A stretch of DNA of 64,000 nt from assembly GCA_964016885.1 (NCBI GenBank), contig OZ024743.1:152892001-152956000 (forward strand). The letters are read 5' to 3'. The position numbers and the translations under genes were made by a program. The stretch comes from Eledone cirrhosa. Lineage: Eukaryota. Positions within the stretch are counted from its first letter, which is position 1. Every line of letters begins with the position of its first letter. Below are positions 36,501-50,980 of this stretch, piece by piece. The notes below the pieces were generated by a model, which was not told where the DNA came from, did not search any database, and was given only the letters and a program-made list of their open reading frames with translations.

Positions 36501-39500
36501 CTGTTTATGCATATATATATATATATCATCATCATCATCATCATCATTTAACGTCCATCTTCCACGCAAGCATGGGTCAGACGTTATTTTTCCATTTGAT
36601 GCGGGAATGTGTCTGTGTGTGTGTGCATATAGTTGTTTTTGTTGACAAAAAGAGATTGATAAAATAATTACCGGACTTTAAAAAAATAAGCACTGATTCA
36701 AGGCTGTTATCCAATGACTGAAACATGTAATACAATAATAGAAAATAGTCAAATAATGTAAAATTTAATGAACAGTCAAAATAAAACTAGAATTGTTTCA
36801 TTTGTGGGTTTGAGTGGGAGACAAATATATATCATATACTGCAAAGTTTAGGTCAGATCAAAATTAGAAATTTTACATTTTTGTTAGATAGGAGACAAAG
36901 GATCTTAAACCAATTGAAGCGCATCATCATCCTTTTTATGTCTATGTTTCCTTGCTTGCATTGAGTATGCCATGAGAAGTATGATATGGCAAGGGCTGAT
37001 GTAAATAATGATCATATTACTGTCTTTTTTGTGTTTATCAATATTTATTTATATGGATGCAGCATATGGAATAATTAAGAAGTTTACTTTCCAATTAGGT
37101 TTATTGACAAAGTATAGCATCGAGGACAAGTGTATTTTACCATAGCCTCAGGCTGATTTAAGCTTTGTGAGTGAAATTGGGTAGATTGAAACTATGCAGA
37201 AGACTGTCAGATGGAATGTGCCTCTAACTCAAAGATCCAGCCTTGTCAGACGTGCACTGAATCATGTTGATACTGCCAGAGAATAATGGTATGGTATTTC
37301 AATAGATTGAACAACTAAATACTGAACATCAACGTAATGGAGATCTATTTTTTATACTGTTTATATAACAATCAGATATTTGAATTTTAAAACAAAATCA
37401 TTTTTTATTATGTTTTATTTAGAACTAAAATGAAAGTTAGCTTCTAAAGAGTCTTGGACATTTGAAAGTGGAAATATTTTTCTTCATATTTGGCAGTGAG
37501 GTATTACAATAAAATAATAAACTGTAAAGAAATAAAACTTGTTTAGTAGATTTCCAGCAAATGGTACTTACTCTAAAAATAGCAATGTGAGACTATAAAT
37601 TCTTTTAATGTTTGCACAAGGTGTAATAAACTAAGTTTAGTGTGAGAATTACTGCAGGTGAAAGGACACTAGAAATATCAGAGGGAAAAAAATCAACAGA
37701 TTTTAATATTCCAATGCAATGGGGAAAAGCCAAACTAAATAGACCCACATTTTACATAGTACCTAAGAGAAAATATATTTAGTATCAAAATAAAATGATT
37801 TACAATAAAATAAAACAAAAATATATTTGGAACAAATAATAGGATACTGTGAAATGTTTTATAAGCATAGCAAATTTAATACAATTCTTAGCTTGGTATG
37901 AGAATACAGATTTATTGGATATGGAGGAAAAGAGATTATGTGATAATGGCATTAGTGATGTAAGTGGAATGAAGTAACTATAGAGAAAATCCAGTTGATC
38001 TAAGAACAGGGAAACAGGTTCAATTATTTCTTGCCATATAATTTCATAAAATAATGTTTAAAAGCCTGAAGACCATTTGATTATTTTTGGCAGTTTTCAG
38101 TTAACAAGTTCTAGTCATTATGGAAAAGCCAGTCTCAGGGGAAACTAGTGCTGGTCTGTGTCAGTAAAATCATTTAGTAAAGTTTATAAATTTTGAAAAG
38201 TTAGTATGCCATAGAGAGATGAAAGTACAGGTGTTTCAAATGAAGCTCTCCTTTGGAGAAAATAAAATTTAAATGTTTAGGAGAGCACTGATGAATTAGT
38301 CTTTAATCATGTTATACTTAACATAAAAAATGGTTTTTACTCTGAAATGATTTGCTTGAAATATAAATATTGATATTTATCCACATCATATATTGTTATC
38401 TAAGTATGGCTGACCTCTCTACAAATGTGGACTAAAAATCTGATGAATGAATTAAATTTTCTTTAACAAGGCTGGAATAAGGATATACAATTTATGACAA
38501 AATTATATCTGTTAAGCTTTAAGTATTTGATAAGTTATCTTCATGTCACATGTGACCTCATACTATATAACAACAACTAAATTTCAAACATATTTTTACT
38601 TGATGATTCAACTTAATATTATTTCAAACGTATATGGCTTTGAATCCTGCTTGTAGAATTAACTAAAACAATAAAGGAATTTCTATGTTGTTGCAAAATT
38701 TACTATAAATAGCAGCCAAATTTTCTTTGAACCTTGTCATTCTATCTTTTAAAAATTGTACATCAGATAATATATTTTTAGATGATATTTGAGTACTTGC
38801 ATCATGGATGATTATCGTAGTCATTGGTGAACCTCGTGTACTTGTATTGTTGTTTTAATTTCTTGTTGCTTTCCTGTCATTTATTTCCTAACACATGTAC
38901 CTATTACTGGGTAATATCCCCCATGTTATATATACTAACTCTCTTATCTCACCTTAAAAAGGAACTGGCTAATCAATAAAAGTACTTGTAGTCAAATGTG
39001 AGGTGTATTGGCTGTGAGCACTAGTTATAAACAAACTCCACATGATTAACCACGTTCTTCTTGTGAGCATTATTCATATGCAAGATATTACATTCCCTAT
39101 TCCCTGTGCCTTTGCCCTTTGACCAAATAAGATTAAAGAAACATATGGTTGCCTATTGACTCTTTTGATGCAGATTAATTGCAGATTAATTGCAGATTCC
39201 TTCTTAATTTAATCCCAAATCAAAATTGAATTAGCATCAAGAATGAATACAGCTGAAACATATCCTCATGTGCTGGGTATTTTCCATTTGTCAAGACCTT
39301 TGTCTAAGAGTACAGTATAATAAAGATCAAGAATTTAATTTAGAAAATAATATGGTAACATGTATGTGAGATATGAGTGAAGATCCCCACTTAACTCTGG
39401 AATTCCTTGTGAAATTTAGTTAGATATATTAACAAAGCAAGAGGTAGATATGGGCATTTGATAGCAGCAACCCTTTCCTTTGCATCTTGGAATACTCATA

Positions 39501-39621
39501 ATTAAAAGATGATGATTTTCCCAGAATTAACAACAGAGGAGATATAATTCTATTTAAAATTCAATTACTTATCTACACTTTTAATTACATTGTGTTGAAG
39601 AAAGAGAAACTTAATGACTAA

Positions 39622-39737
39622 AGAAGGATTATTATCTGAGAAGAACAAATGAGATAACCATGTAGAATTTCCCATCCAGAAGGATTATTATCTAAGAAGA
39701 ACCAAATGAGCTAACCATGTAGAATTTCCCATCCAGA
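39622..39737. repeat. Tandem duplication, ~56-bp period, 2 copies
   Basis: agaaggattattatct(g/a)agaagaac...catgtagaatttcccatccaga twice. Confidence 0.9.
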
Positions 39738-40524
39738 TATATGAGAAAGTTCTTTCAACAAGTTTGAATTGACAAAAAGAATCTTGTAATCTAACAAATT
39801 ATAACTCCCTTACTATTTTGAATCTTTATTTATTTATTGTTTTTTTTTTACATGACTTAGTTTATGGAGGAACAGCAAAGATCATAGCCTTTTGTTTGGC
39901 CTTCAAGACTGGTTGGAAGAAGTAACACTCAGGCTGGAGAATAAGAGCAATGGATTAAGTTAACTACACAATAACAGAAACCACCTTTCCAATAGACTTC
40001 TACATAATTTCTATTTAGCAAGTCTTGCAGTGATATTGAACCCATAACTAATATTTGCAAAGTAAACAATCACTCAACCAGGCCTGTACCTAGTCATTGT
40101 GTAAATAATTATCTCATAGGGCTCATAGGCAGGGCTAGAACTTAACTAGTGTTTACATACAAGCCTACTCTAGATAAGGTAACATTCTCAGATGACCTGG
40201 TACCTACTGCTGATATGTAGATAAACTGAGGTGTGTAGAATTACGTTTATTACCCTAATATACAACAAAACACCTACATTGAAATTGGACACTTGGGGGG
40301 CGTTAATGTTTAACACCATATTTACTCAGCCATTTCCCATTTAACCATTTATAATATTAGTACTTATATTACTGACCCTTTCTTAAGGTCAGAAAAGCAA
40401 AGTTGACACAGGTGGAATCTGAACTCAGAATAATGAAGGAATAAACTAAACACAAGCATTTATTCTAGTCTTCTAACATTTTCCAAATCCAATTAATTTT
40501 TCTTTTATATCTTGAGCAAGAGCC

Positions 40525-40720
40525 TTTACATGATCCCTTGACTTGATTGAATTAGTAGCCTAATCTTTATCAAACAACATCTTACTGCCTTAAAAAAAGG
40601 AAGCACACATTAAATGATGTAGTCATAGACATATTGTGTATAAAAAAGACAAGATTGGAAGAGTTTTAAGCACAGGTCAACTCAATTAAGGATGACCTGT
40701 GGCTAAACAACAACTACAAC
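40525..40720 (+). repeat. Old ~200-bp dispersed repeat ending ggctaaacaacaac (representative copy)
   Basis: Similar segments near 1020, 17570, 18390, 18590, 19770, 26540, 38640, 41300, 53290, 53900 and 55700. Confidence 0.6.
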
Positions 40721-43370
40721 AATGCATGTAATTCAGAACAAACTGAGATTTTGATTCAGACAGATTAGTAGAATATAAAATATGTGAATATAATTGTTTG
40801 ATGGTCTTTAATTACAGAGGGCAGGCACTTCAAAGTTAGAAGAACCCAGGAAGAAGAATAGCTACTTGGAAGGAGGAAATAGGCAGTATCAGTTGGAAAT
40901 TTGAGTTGGTTAAGAGGTGTTATTAATTATTCTTGTCTGGAAAGTAGGAAGTAAGATTGACATGTTCAAATTAGTGGAACTATCATAATTATTGTTAAAG
41001 GAAGTTGTAACTGAACAATCTCTCTGCCATGAGATATTAAACTGCCAAATGAAACTAAATGATTATTGTTGTTGAGATTATTACATATTATATTAATAAT
41101 GTGAGTACTTTAAAGGATGCTATTTTTGTGTTAACACATCTGACGAAGTAGATTGGTTCTTACTAACACATTGTTTATGCAAATGTGCTATATGATATAG
41201 TTAACATTATTCCTCAACAGATAGTGCAACTGTCATCTTTTAAGGATTCAAGTTGAAAGATTTCATATGTCTACTTCAAACATTCTTAGTCAATGTTTAT
41301 AGAAGTCTCTTTATGTCTCATTATCCAATGAATGTATTTTTTAAAACAACAGGGTGTGATTTGAAGTACATTTGGTTGTTGTTTATAGAATATCAAGTGA
41401 TCATGCAAAGTCTCCCTCATGTTTTCTGCACTGGCCAATATACTTGCAGTCAGCGAGTCCTAATTTTCTTCCAGTACCCTTTGTAAGGCAGACATAAATG
41501 CACCATTGGTATCTGTATTCCATTTTCCTGATACGATACATTACCAGTCTGAGAATAAATCCAACCAATAGCCATCATCATCCAGTTTTTGCCATGAAGG
41601 AATTTCAAATGATGTAGTTGACTATACATCAAGAATGCTGAATTTTGATTCGGTGGTACCTCTGTAAACATTTTTCAAAAGTGAACATTTTTTTGTTTAT
41701 ATCAATCACCACAGTAAAACAAGTGCAGTTTCTTCATGACTTCTAATAAAAGAAATTATTAAATTGAATTAGTTCATATAGATTAAACTGCCAATCTATG
41801 GATGACTGATGTTTCTGCTTTGAATTTTGTTGGTGGAGACCCAGACAGAGGAAAAGTTAAAGAGAAAATATAGTAAGAAGTAAATCTAGATGGAATGAAG
41901 AAAAGTGATTATTCCTCTATAATACTGGGACAATACAACAGAGTACCATTAAAAATGTTACTTTTAATCAGTATGTTCCTATGTTGGTTACTCTTCATAT
42001 GTTTGTCACACATACAATGAATTGCAATGGATTGCTACTAACTCTTGTCACCTTTCTCCATCAATAAAATGTTTATTAAGAATAAGTTTAAATCAATTGA
42101 TGATGGTATTATTGAGCTGGCAGTAGTAATAAGAAATGGTTGCAAACAAGACAGATGAGAAATAGTTACTGCTTTCTAGCTTTCTAGATGTTTATCCACC
42201 TCCTAATGTTGACAATTTTGTTCAATTTTGTTATACATCCTACAATAAATTATACAGTATAGGGAATCTGAAAGCCGATGGCATCAGATTCTCCTCCATA
42301 ATAACAATATGTGATACACTGTCTTTCAAGCTGATGAATGCTTATTCTAGTTTAGAATTCTACCCTATGGAGTGACTAACACCATAAGCATTTTTCAAAT
42401 ATCAATCAATAGTTTAATTACCAAGGGTGATATCAGAAGAGTTAATCCTTATCTCAATGGTGTTATTGTCAATGACAAAACTATTCAGAAGCAGAAAGGG
42501 AACTTGCTTTAATTTATTTTAGTTCCTAAGAGATACATAATTACACTGAACAATGACAAATATCTTCTCTGCCAAATATCTATTTGGTAACTAAGATACA
42601 AAATAGAAAATAATTATTTGTAACCTGACCCAGATAGATTGAATCCCTCTCATTGATTGAGTAATGCATACTAATGCTAAACAACTATAACTATTAGGTT
42701 TGTTTTGGTACTTATCTAAATGGGTATCTCCTTTCATCAAAACTAATTTCAGTCCCTACTCTATTCTATTTCTCCATTGCAAGAACAATGCTATTTACCT
42801 GCTTAAAGCTTCAGTAGTTAATGCATCTCTCTTGGATTCTACTACATGCCAACACTAATTATAAAACTACAATTGCCGGGTATCCTATCACAATGTAATA
42901 AACATGTCACTTTTCTCTCCACAAATCCTTTTCACTCTGAACAAAATCTCTCATTAATTGAAAAGGTGGCTACAACTATAAAAGTAAGTGTTAAGAAGTA
43001 ACAAACTGTTTTTATTTGGAAGTTATTTTACATTACATGCTGATCTTCAAGTGCTCTCATGCATACTTTGACACAAAAGAAAAGAGAAAATGAAGGATGA
43101 AAATGTTTGTGTCACTGTAGTGTGAGTAAATGTTGACAATATCAGATCTAAAAATATGTCAATTTCTTTGGAAACCTCTGATGAATGCATCATTTGTTCT
43201 GAATTAATATACCAATTCTGCTATCCTACTTATGCAAAATTTACCACGTCCACATAACCATTTGGACATCACTGTATTAATTGCAAAGGTCCTTTACGCT
43301 CTTGCTACTTGTTTGTGGTTATAGAAAAGTACTCATGGTTTCCATTTGCATTTGCATGTTCATATATTAC

Positions 43371-45000
43371 AGCTTTGTAATCCTTCTTCTTTGCTTGGGT
43401 GGCATCTTTGACCTTTTGATTGAACCAAGGAGTCCTCCTGCAAAGCAGTGCCACACCAAACCTCTTTCCCCTGCAGCCTTTCGCAGCTGAAGCAGAAACT
43501 GCTGCATCAACAATCTTCACTCTGTCTTAATGTCCTCAGTTTCCTCAGAAAGTTCTCTTAATTTAGATGCAATAGTATCTGACTTCATTATCCACCAATG
43601 TTTCCTACTTTATCCTGTAGGTCACCCTGGACCTGCCAGTTTTGTGGGCTTCCTTGGTTTTAGTTAGTCTCAAGTTGCAGAGTAGCTAGATGGGGATCAG
43701 TTGACAGCTTTACCTCTCTCTTAACACATACATCCAGCAAAGAATCAAAGAGATCAGAGACAATAACAAAATCAATTATTGATCTCTGACCCTGATTGCT
43801 CTTATACCATGTATATCTATAGTACTATTGCTAGATGTTCATAATAGAGAGTCCATTGCTAGAACAAAAGTCGAGTAAACCTCTCCATTCGTATTTAGAT
43901 TCGGATTACCATTCCTTCCAATCTCTCCTTTCCATGTCAGTTTGTCAGTGCCAACATGTACATTGTAGTCTCCCATCAAGATATATGACTCAGTCTTAAC
44001 TACATTTAATGATGCAGTGATTTTATCAAGGAAAGACCAATATTTGGACTCCTTGTTTGGTGCATAAATGTGTACCACCCGGAGAGACCTATCTTTCTGC
44101 TTAAGCTTCAAGTGGCAAATCCTCCCTCCTAAGGAATCCAGTCCATAACTCATTCTGACAGCCGGGGGCTAGTGAGTATCCCCACTCCTGCCTGTGCAGT
44201 CCTTTCTTGCATCACACCTGAATAGTTGAGTTCCCATCCTCCATCCAAATCTACAGTAGCAGAGCCACGGAACTTTGTGGAGGACACCCTGACTATATCT
44301 AGCCAATAGCATCTAGCCTCTTCCATATGTTCCTGATCCTTACCTGTAAGGGTTGTGATGTTCCAAGTTCCAACTGTTAAGGTTTTATCCCTTCTGGAGC
44401 ATCTTTTGTGTTTTGGGATATGCAATCTTTGCGCATCCATCCCACACCTCCCAGGATAAGTCACAGGCTCATTGCTATTGTTTAGAGCATAAAATGGCAA
44501 CTGCAATATATTATATGAACAGGCCTCTCTACCTAAGGCCTGGACATGTCCCTTGTTGGCTCATATTGCAGTTTGAGTTTCAGTGGTCTTATTTGCATAG
44601 TCACCAATCTTGTACTTTTTCAAACCTGCAAAGACTAGGCTTTTTTAGAGGCAGCCCTTACTCTCCTCATCATAGCTACATAACTGGGTTGTGAGAGTTT
44701 TCACGAGAGCTACAGGTGTCACCCATTGCTCCATCTCACCTAGTAGTATAGTGCTATTGGTCCGGGGTAACTTACTCATTCAGCAGTTGCCAACTTATAT
44801 CACAACTAGCCATCATATATTGTGGTTGTATCACTATAAGCCACCTTTGACATGTTCTCTATCAGACCAGCTCTTGCACTTGTGGTACAAACAGGCATGA
44901 AGAATCACAGCAGAGACAGTAAAGGCGTCCAAAGTTAAGACTTGGGAGGACATTAGGGTTAAGCTGGATTCCACCTTCAGATCAGCAAATAAAGAACATT
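43371..45000. mobile_element. Expander/Rex3-like RTE: inverted 5' part with APE (43371-~44860, -) joined to a forward part (44871-45000, +)
   Basis: VGTWNITTLTGKDQE...AQAGVGILTSPRL (ORF 44150-44506); IYAPN, MGDYNVHVG (ORF 43839-44153); the forward piece matches 3010-3140. Confidence 0.8.
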
Positions 45001-45067
45001 GATTCGACTCTATATCTATATAAAATATCCAGATGAATTTTATGCCACATCTATAAAACGTGTAAAA

Positions 45068-46503
45068 CTATAGGAGCATTGAGTTACTTGTCCAGGTCAT
45101 GAAAGTCACAGAAAGAGTTATTACTCAACTGATTAGAGACCGAATTGATCTAGACGAAATGCAGTTTGGGTTTGTGCCAGGTAAAAGCACCACGGATGTT
45201 CCTTTCCTTATACAGCAACTACAGAAGATGCACCGAGCTAAAAGAAAACCCCTCTACTTAGATTTTGTTGACTTGGAGAAACCCTTTGACAGAGTCCTAC
45301 ACACTAGAATCTGGTGGGCTCTTAGAAAACTAGGAGTAGATGAATGTCTTGTGAGAGTATACAAACCATGTATAGAGGAACAGTCAGCAAGGTTAGAATT
45401 AACAATGAATATAGTGACGAATTTAGCGTAATAGTAGGGGTTCACCAGGGCTCTGTCCTTAGCCCCTCCTCTTTATTATTGTCCTACAGGCTATAACAGA
45501 AGGGTTTAAGACAGGCTGCCATTTGGAACTTTTATATGCAGATGATCTAACTCTCATAGCTGAATCCATGGCTGAATTAGAGAAGTTCTAAACATGGAAG
45601 CATGCCTAGAATCAAAAAGCCTTAGAGTTAACTTGTCTAAGACTAAAGTTCTAGTATGTAGAAAGGAGAAGAGGGCACAGGTGCCCTCTGGCAAATGACC
45701 ATGCTCAGTGTGTAAGAAAGGAGTAGGTAGAAATTCCATTCTATGTCCCAAATAAAAACTATGGGTACATAAAAGATATAGTGGGGTCGCAGGTAAGCTA
45801 TCTAAGAATGTAGATTTTGTATGTGGCCAATGCTCAGGTGCAGTAAGTAGCAAGGACCCACTGGATACTAGTTTCTCCTTCAACTGCCAAGATGTTTCTA
45901 TAGAAATAGTAGACACTTTCCGTTACCTGGGTGACAAAATCAGCAGTGGAGGAGCGTGTTGTGGAGAGGAGATTATTTGGTATGGCCATGTGATGTGTAT
46001 GAAGGATGACAGCCGTATAAAAAAGTGCAGAGCAATGAAAATTGATGGAAGCTACGGAGTGAGTAGACCAAGAAATACCTGGGACAAGGTGATAAAAACT
46101 GACCTTGCTCACTTACACCTCTCTAAGATAATGTCACTGGATCGAGATCTTTGGCACCATGCAGTTGTACAGAACACCCACCTTCCACCAACCTACAGTC
46201 AGTAGGCACTTCTTAAACCAATATATACCCCACCTCAGACACACTGCCCCATCCACTCTGTTGGTGACACAACAAAAAGCACTCTGTCCACACTGGAAAG
46301 TGGTCATGTAGGAGACAGTAAAAAGGCTCCCAGTCTTAGAAAGGGCATCCAGCCATAGGAAACCTGCCAGAGATACCTTCGTACGAGTGAGACACGGTCT
46401 CCCGACCAATCCCGCATCAAATGGAACAAAACTGTCTAACCCATGCTAACGTGGAAGATGGACGTTAAACAATGATGGTGATGATGATGATGATGATGAT
46501 GAT
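45068..46503 (+). mobile_element. RTE LINE fragment (RT, PHD finger, internal deletion at ~45960, 3' UTR, (GAT)n)
   Basis: ORF 45099-45431 has QFGF and FVDLEKPFDRV; colinear with 7470-9198. Confidence 0.9.
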
Positions 46504-47904
46504 ATATATGTGTGTGTGTGTGTATACATACATACAGTTAGATCTATTGATAGCAACTATTCCTTTTGCTAGTTTCAAGAATAGAAATGGCATTTTGTAG
46601 GTCAAATGTAGAGAAGAAATTTGTTTCTGCCATTCCAGAAAATATAGCAACAGCTTGGAATATGTGTTACTTTTGAAATTTAAGTGGTCTTTGTAATCTG
46701 CACACATTCTAAATGACTTTCATCTCGCTTTCTTATCCACACCACAAATTATGCTTCCTGCGTGATCAATCACACAATGATTACTTAACTATTAACTTAA
46801 AAATGGGAAAGAAATTCAGTATACTCTGGATCATTACATGCAAGACTAGTTATGTAACCATTCAAAATGAGTAGATAATTATTAATGTTAGCTCGCTCAA
46901 AATATACCGTATACCGTGATATAAAATGTTCCCTCCAATTAATCCAAGGTCAAATGGAGATTCTTTGATACAAATTTCTGTTTCATAACCATATTAACAA
47001 TCACAGTTCCTTTTACTTTCAATATTGAATTGTCATAAGCTGTTAAATTTTTGACTGATAATTTAATTTCGATCTGATTGAACAACAAAGGAATATAGAA
47101 TAGCTGAACAAGATGCTCCACTAAATATTTTCATTTGAATTGGAAAATTATTCAATTTACGGTTGATACCTTTAACATAACCTATTTCAATGTCATTGAC
47201 ATCGTGCATGGAGACATTAAAACTTCATTGGTATTGTGCAGAGGCTCTGACTGCCAACATTGAGAAAGTGACTTTGCATTCCACACTTATAAAGCAATAA
47301 TGTGAATGTTGGACACTCCCTTTATTTGTGTCTTCCACCATAATTATGTGAGTTATTAATATTGCTGTTATTGGGAATGGTATTGCTCAACCAAGGTTTT
47401 ATTGTTGTTATGATAAGAACTGTTCTTCACTGATGATTGTTTTCAATTTAGCAAGTGGTATTTTGCAATGTATTGTTGTTGCTAATGATGTTAATTCTCT
47501 AGATCCTAAATCTGGATAATTGTGAATGGAATGCAACACGTTTATTTCTATGTCTACAGGATAGAATCCTGATAGGAAAATCAGTTTAATTATATCTTGC
47601 TCAATATTTTCCTTAATTTGATTCAATTTACAAATGGCTGCTTGTGAATTTATTAAAATAAAATCATTTATAAAGTTTTAAAATGAAAATAAGGTGATTT
47701 ATTGACTCATAGTCACGTTGCTTGGTTTCTAGTAATCTTAAGCTATCAACTATTATTTTATCTTTTAATTAGCTTCTCTGTCGATTCTTCATCTGAAAGT
47801 ATGTGACATCTTTAATATTTGAAAAGAAAAACAATTTTGAAAATGTTCTTATTAGCCTCAACACTGCAGAATATTAAAAATAAAAGTCTATTTTTTCTTT
47901 AAAT

Positions 47905-49480
47905 TCTTCTTTTTCATCCACTTATTCCTGCGAGGCTCATGGGGGTAGAGTACTATAAAAAAAGACCCATCTGAAATTGGTGCAGCTGGATCCATAGGTA
48001 AGACCTTCAGAGTTCATGGATATTATATAACCATCTTAATTGTGGTCTCCAATTGGGTCTCCTGCAATTTGGTTTTGCTCATAAAATCTGCCCAGCAATT
48101 CTTTCCTTAGACATTCTAACTAGATATTCATAGTAGTCGAGCTGTAATCTCTTGGTTCAAAGAAGTAATGACTTTACCAGGAGCAACTCCCTGATCTTTG
48201 ATTCACTCACACTGTCGAGTTATGTTACTCTAAAGACCCTCCAGATGAACCTTGTTTCGGCTGCTTGTATTTGTGATCATATTCTTTCAGTCATTATCCA
48301 TAGTTAAGGGTAGACACAAATGCTGAATTGAAGATAGTGAATTTGGCTTTTGTATCTATCTCTATTCTTCCAGCAAATTCCAGCTGAATGATCCCAACAA
48401 CCGTTGGTCTTGACATCCTTTCCAATTTGGTTGCATATGTCAATCCTGTGAGGTGACAGTACGCACTCTTAGTTGTCTTACACCCATATTGAATGGGTTT
48501 TGACTTAGCATCATTTATCCAAACACAATTATTAGGGAATTCATATAGATAGGGATTTCAAGGCAAAAAGATGCTGTCCATTGATCCAATACTCCTGCAG
48601 AAACTTTCACAAAAAAAAAACAACAACAAGGAACAAGGTTATATGCCTTTCTGAGGTATTTAAAACAAGCATACACCTCTTGCCAATACTACCTTGATTT
48701 CTCGAAGATCTTCTGCAGTGTAAATATTTGGTCAACTGTGCATCAGTTAGTTGAACTCAACACTGTCTCTATATCTCTTTGCCAGGCACTTAACATAGAC
48801 TTTACCTGGGTAGCTTAATAAGGTGATCCATATATAATTAGACAATCTCTCTTGACTCTTGTTTTGAAAATTGGGATTATCAATCCTGATTGCCATTGCT
48901 TAGATGCCTTTCCAGAGATCCAGGCCAGCCACTGTATATGAGTCAGCCAGGGAATACATTCTCTATTTAAGGCTTTTGGACCAAATTCCATCTTCTCCAA
49001 AAGGCCTTATCTCATGTGAGTTCTTTTACTTCTCTGATGATCTCAGCCTCTGAGAGGTCAGTCATTGCTCCAAGATATACCTCATGTACATCAAACAACA
49101 TCCATAAATATAAATGGTATAAAGAAATTGTAGACAGAGATCAGTAACTGATTTTTTAAAATTGTTTCTTATATCTTTTATTATGTGTTGAACGCTTGTG
49201 TTAAGAGAGGGGCTAAACTGAGATTACCTAAAGCAAGAAAACCCACAAAACTGGTAGATCCATCTAGACCTGCAAAATAAAGTGAAAGTGCTGACATTAG
49301 AGGACTTTGGGGTTAAGCTTGAATCCAACTTTGGATGACCAATTAAAGTGTTCTGGCAAACTATCTGCTGACTTCATAATAAGAAGTTCCCCTCCACGTC
49401 TAGGGTTCTTCTCTTTGAAAAGAGGTGCTTTCTTACAAGTTGGAGAGAATACTTTGCTGATCTCCTATATCTAATTATAT
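47905..49480 (-). mobile_element. Expander/Rex3-like RTE: RT body on minus (49090-47905) with inverted 5' segment on plus (49095-49480)
   Basis: WQSGLIIPIFK...RDC (ORF 48815-49000); the plus-strand piece matches the EN C-terminus and 3090-3270. Confidence 0.75.
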
Positions 49481-49764
49481 CTTTTCCAGAAACTAAAATT
49501 AGCTTGATTTCTAAATGCACTAATCATGCCTGAATTCTGCTTAATTATTCAGATGGGCAAATTTTTCTGGCATATTTGTCATCCGTTTTTACCTTTATCA
49601 ATATTCAAGTTGAGAGACTCTGTATACTTGTTACACACTGTGTTGTGCAGAATCTCACTGCTAACTGTTTTAAGGATGCATATGTCAATGTAATATTCAG
49701 CCACTTGTAGTTTAATTTTACTAGTAGGCTGTTCTATTGTTTCAACAACTGAAACACATGTTGC

Positions 49765-50140
49765 CACACATACATATACACACATACACATACACACATA
49801 CCCACACCTACACACCCACACACAAATACACACATACACACATACACACATGCACAAATACACATACAAACACATACACACACACATTACACACATACAC
49901 ACATACACACAATACACAAATACTCATACACACATACATATAAAAACACTACCATTTATTTATTTACATATTTTATATTCTCCATATACTCATACACATA
50001 CACACGCATGCACACACAATACACATACACATATACACATACACACACACATACACATACACACACTATACTCAAATACACATACACACATACATATAAA
50101 AACATACTACCATTTATTTATTTACATATTTTATATTCCC
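49765..50140. repeat. (CA)/(CATA) compound microsatellite with an internal ~60-bp duplication
   Basis: catacacacatacatataaaaaca...ctaccatttatttatttacatattttatattc twice. Confidence 0.85.
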
Positions 50141-50182
50141 CTCTATTTCTCACTATCCACACTCTCATTCTGATTGCTGATG

Positions 50183-50788
50183 ATTATTCTTCAAGCGGTG
50201 GATTGGCAGTATCGGTAGAGGGTCGGGCGCCATGCTTTGAAGCATAGAGTTACCTCCCTTTATGATCTGAGTTCAAATCCCGCTGAGGTTAACTTTGCCT
50301 TTCATCCTTATGGGGTCGATAAAATAAAGTACCAGTAATGCACTGGGATAATTGCTGGCCTGGTGCCAAAAGTAGAAACAATTATTCTTCAAGCGGTGGA
50401 TTGGCAGTATCGGTAGAGGGTCGGGCGCCATGCTTTGAAGCATAGAGTTACCTCCCTTTATGATCTGAGTTCAAATCCCGCTGAGGTTAACTTTGCCTTT
50501 CATCCTTATGGGGTCGATAAAATAAAGTACCAGTAATGCACTGGGATAATTGCTGGCCTGGTGCCAAAAGTAGAAACAATTATTCTTCAAGCGGTGGATT
50601 GGCAGTATCGGTAGAGGGCCGGGCGCCATGCTTTGAAGCATAGAGTTACCTCCCTTTATGATCTGAGTTCAAATCCCGCTGAGGTTAACTTTGCCTTTCA
50701 TCCTTATGGGGTCGATAAAATAAAGTACCAGTAATGCACTGGGATAATTGCTGGCCTGGTGCCAAAAGTAGAAACAATTATTCTTCAA
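50183..50788 (+). mobile_element. Three tandem copies (198-bp period) of a tRNA-derived Nin-domain-like SINE
   Basis: Units start at 50183, 50381 and 50579; attattcttcaa occurs four times; box A tggcagtatcgg, box B gagttcaaatcc; gcctttcatccttatggggtcgataaaataaagtaccag domain. Confidence 0.93.
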
Positions 50789-50980
50789 ATCTGATGTCAA
50801 TGTTTCCTCCATAGTTAACCTCTGAGAGGTTCTTCTAGAGACACTGGATCAAATACATTCATATTACACCAATTTTGTTTTGTTTGTTGGTACAGTATTG
50901 CATCATACTGTGCTGTTTGTATTGTATTGCTATTTTGAAAGTTTGTTATTCTTTATGTGAATAAAGAAATCATCCACAGT

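Noticed and set aside
38100-38520. Possible hAT transposase fossil
   Set aside because: Only a faint LAD...NELN..LQG-like resemblance with many stops; insufficient without an alignment.
41450-41671. Possible minus-strand exon
   Set aside because: An acceptor-like site is present but there is no recognisable protein or matching donor; it may be an old TE fossil.
50183-50788. CRISPR-like repeat-spacer array
   Set aside because: The 'spacers' are near-identical SINE copies; the context is eukaryotic and there are no cas genes.
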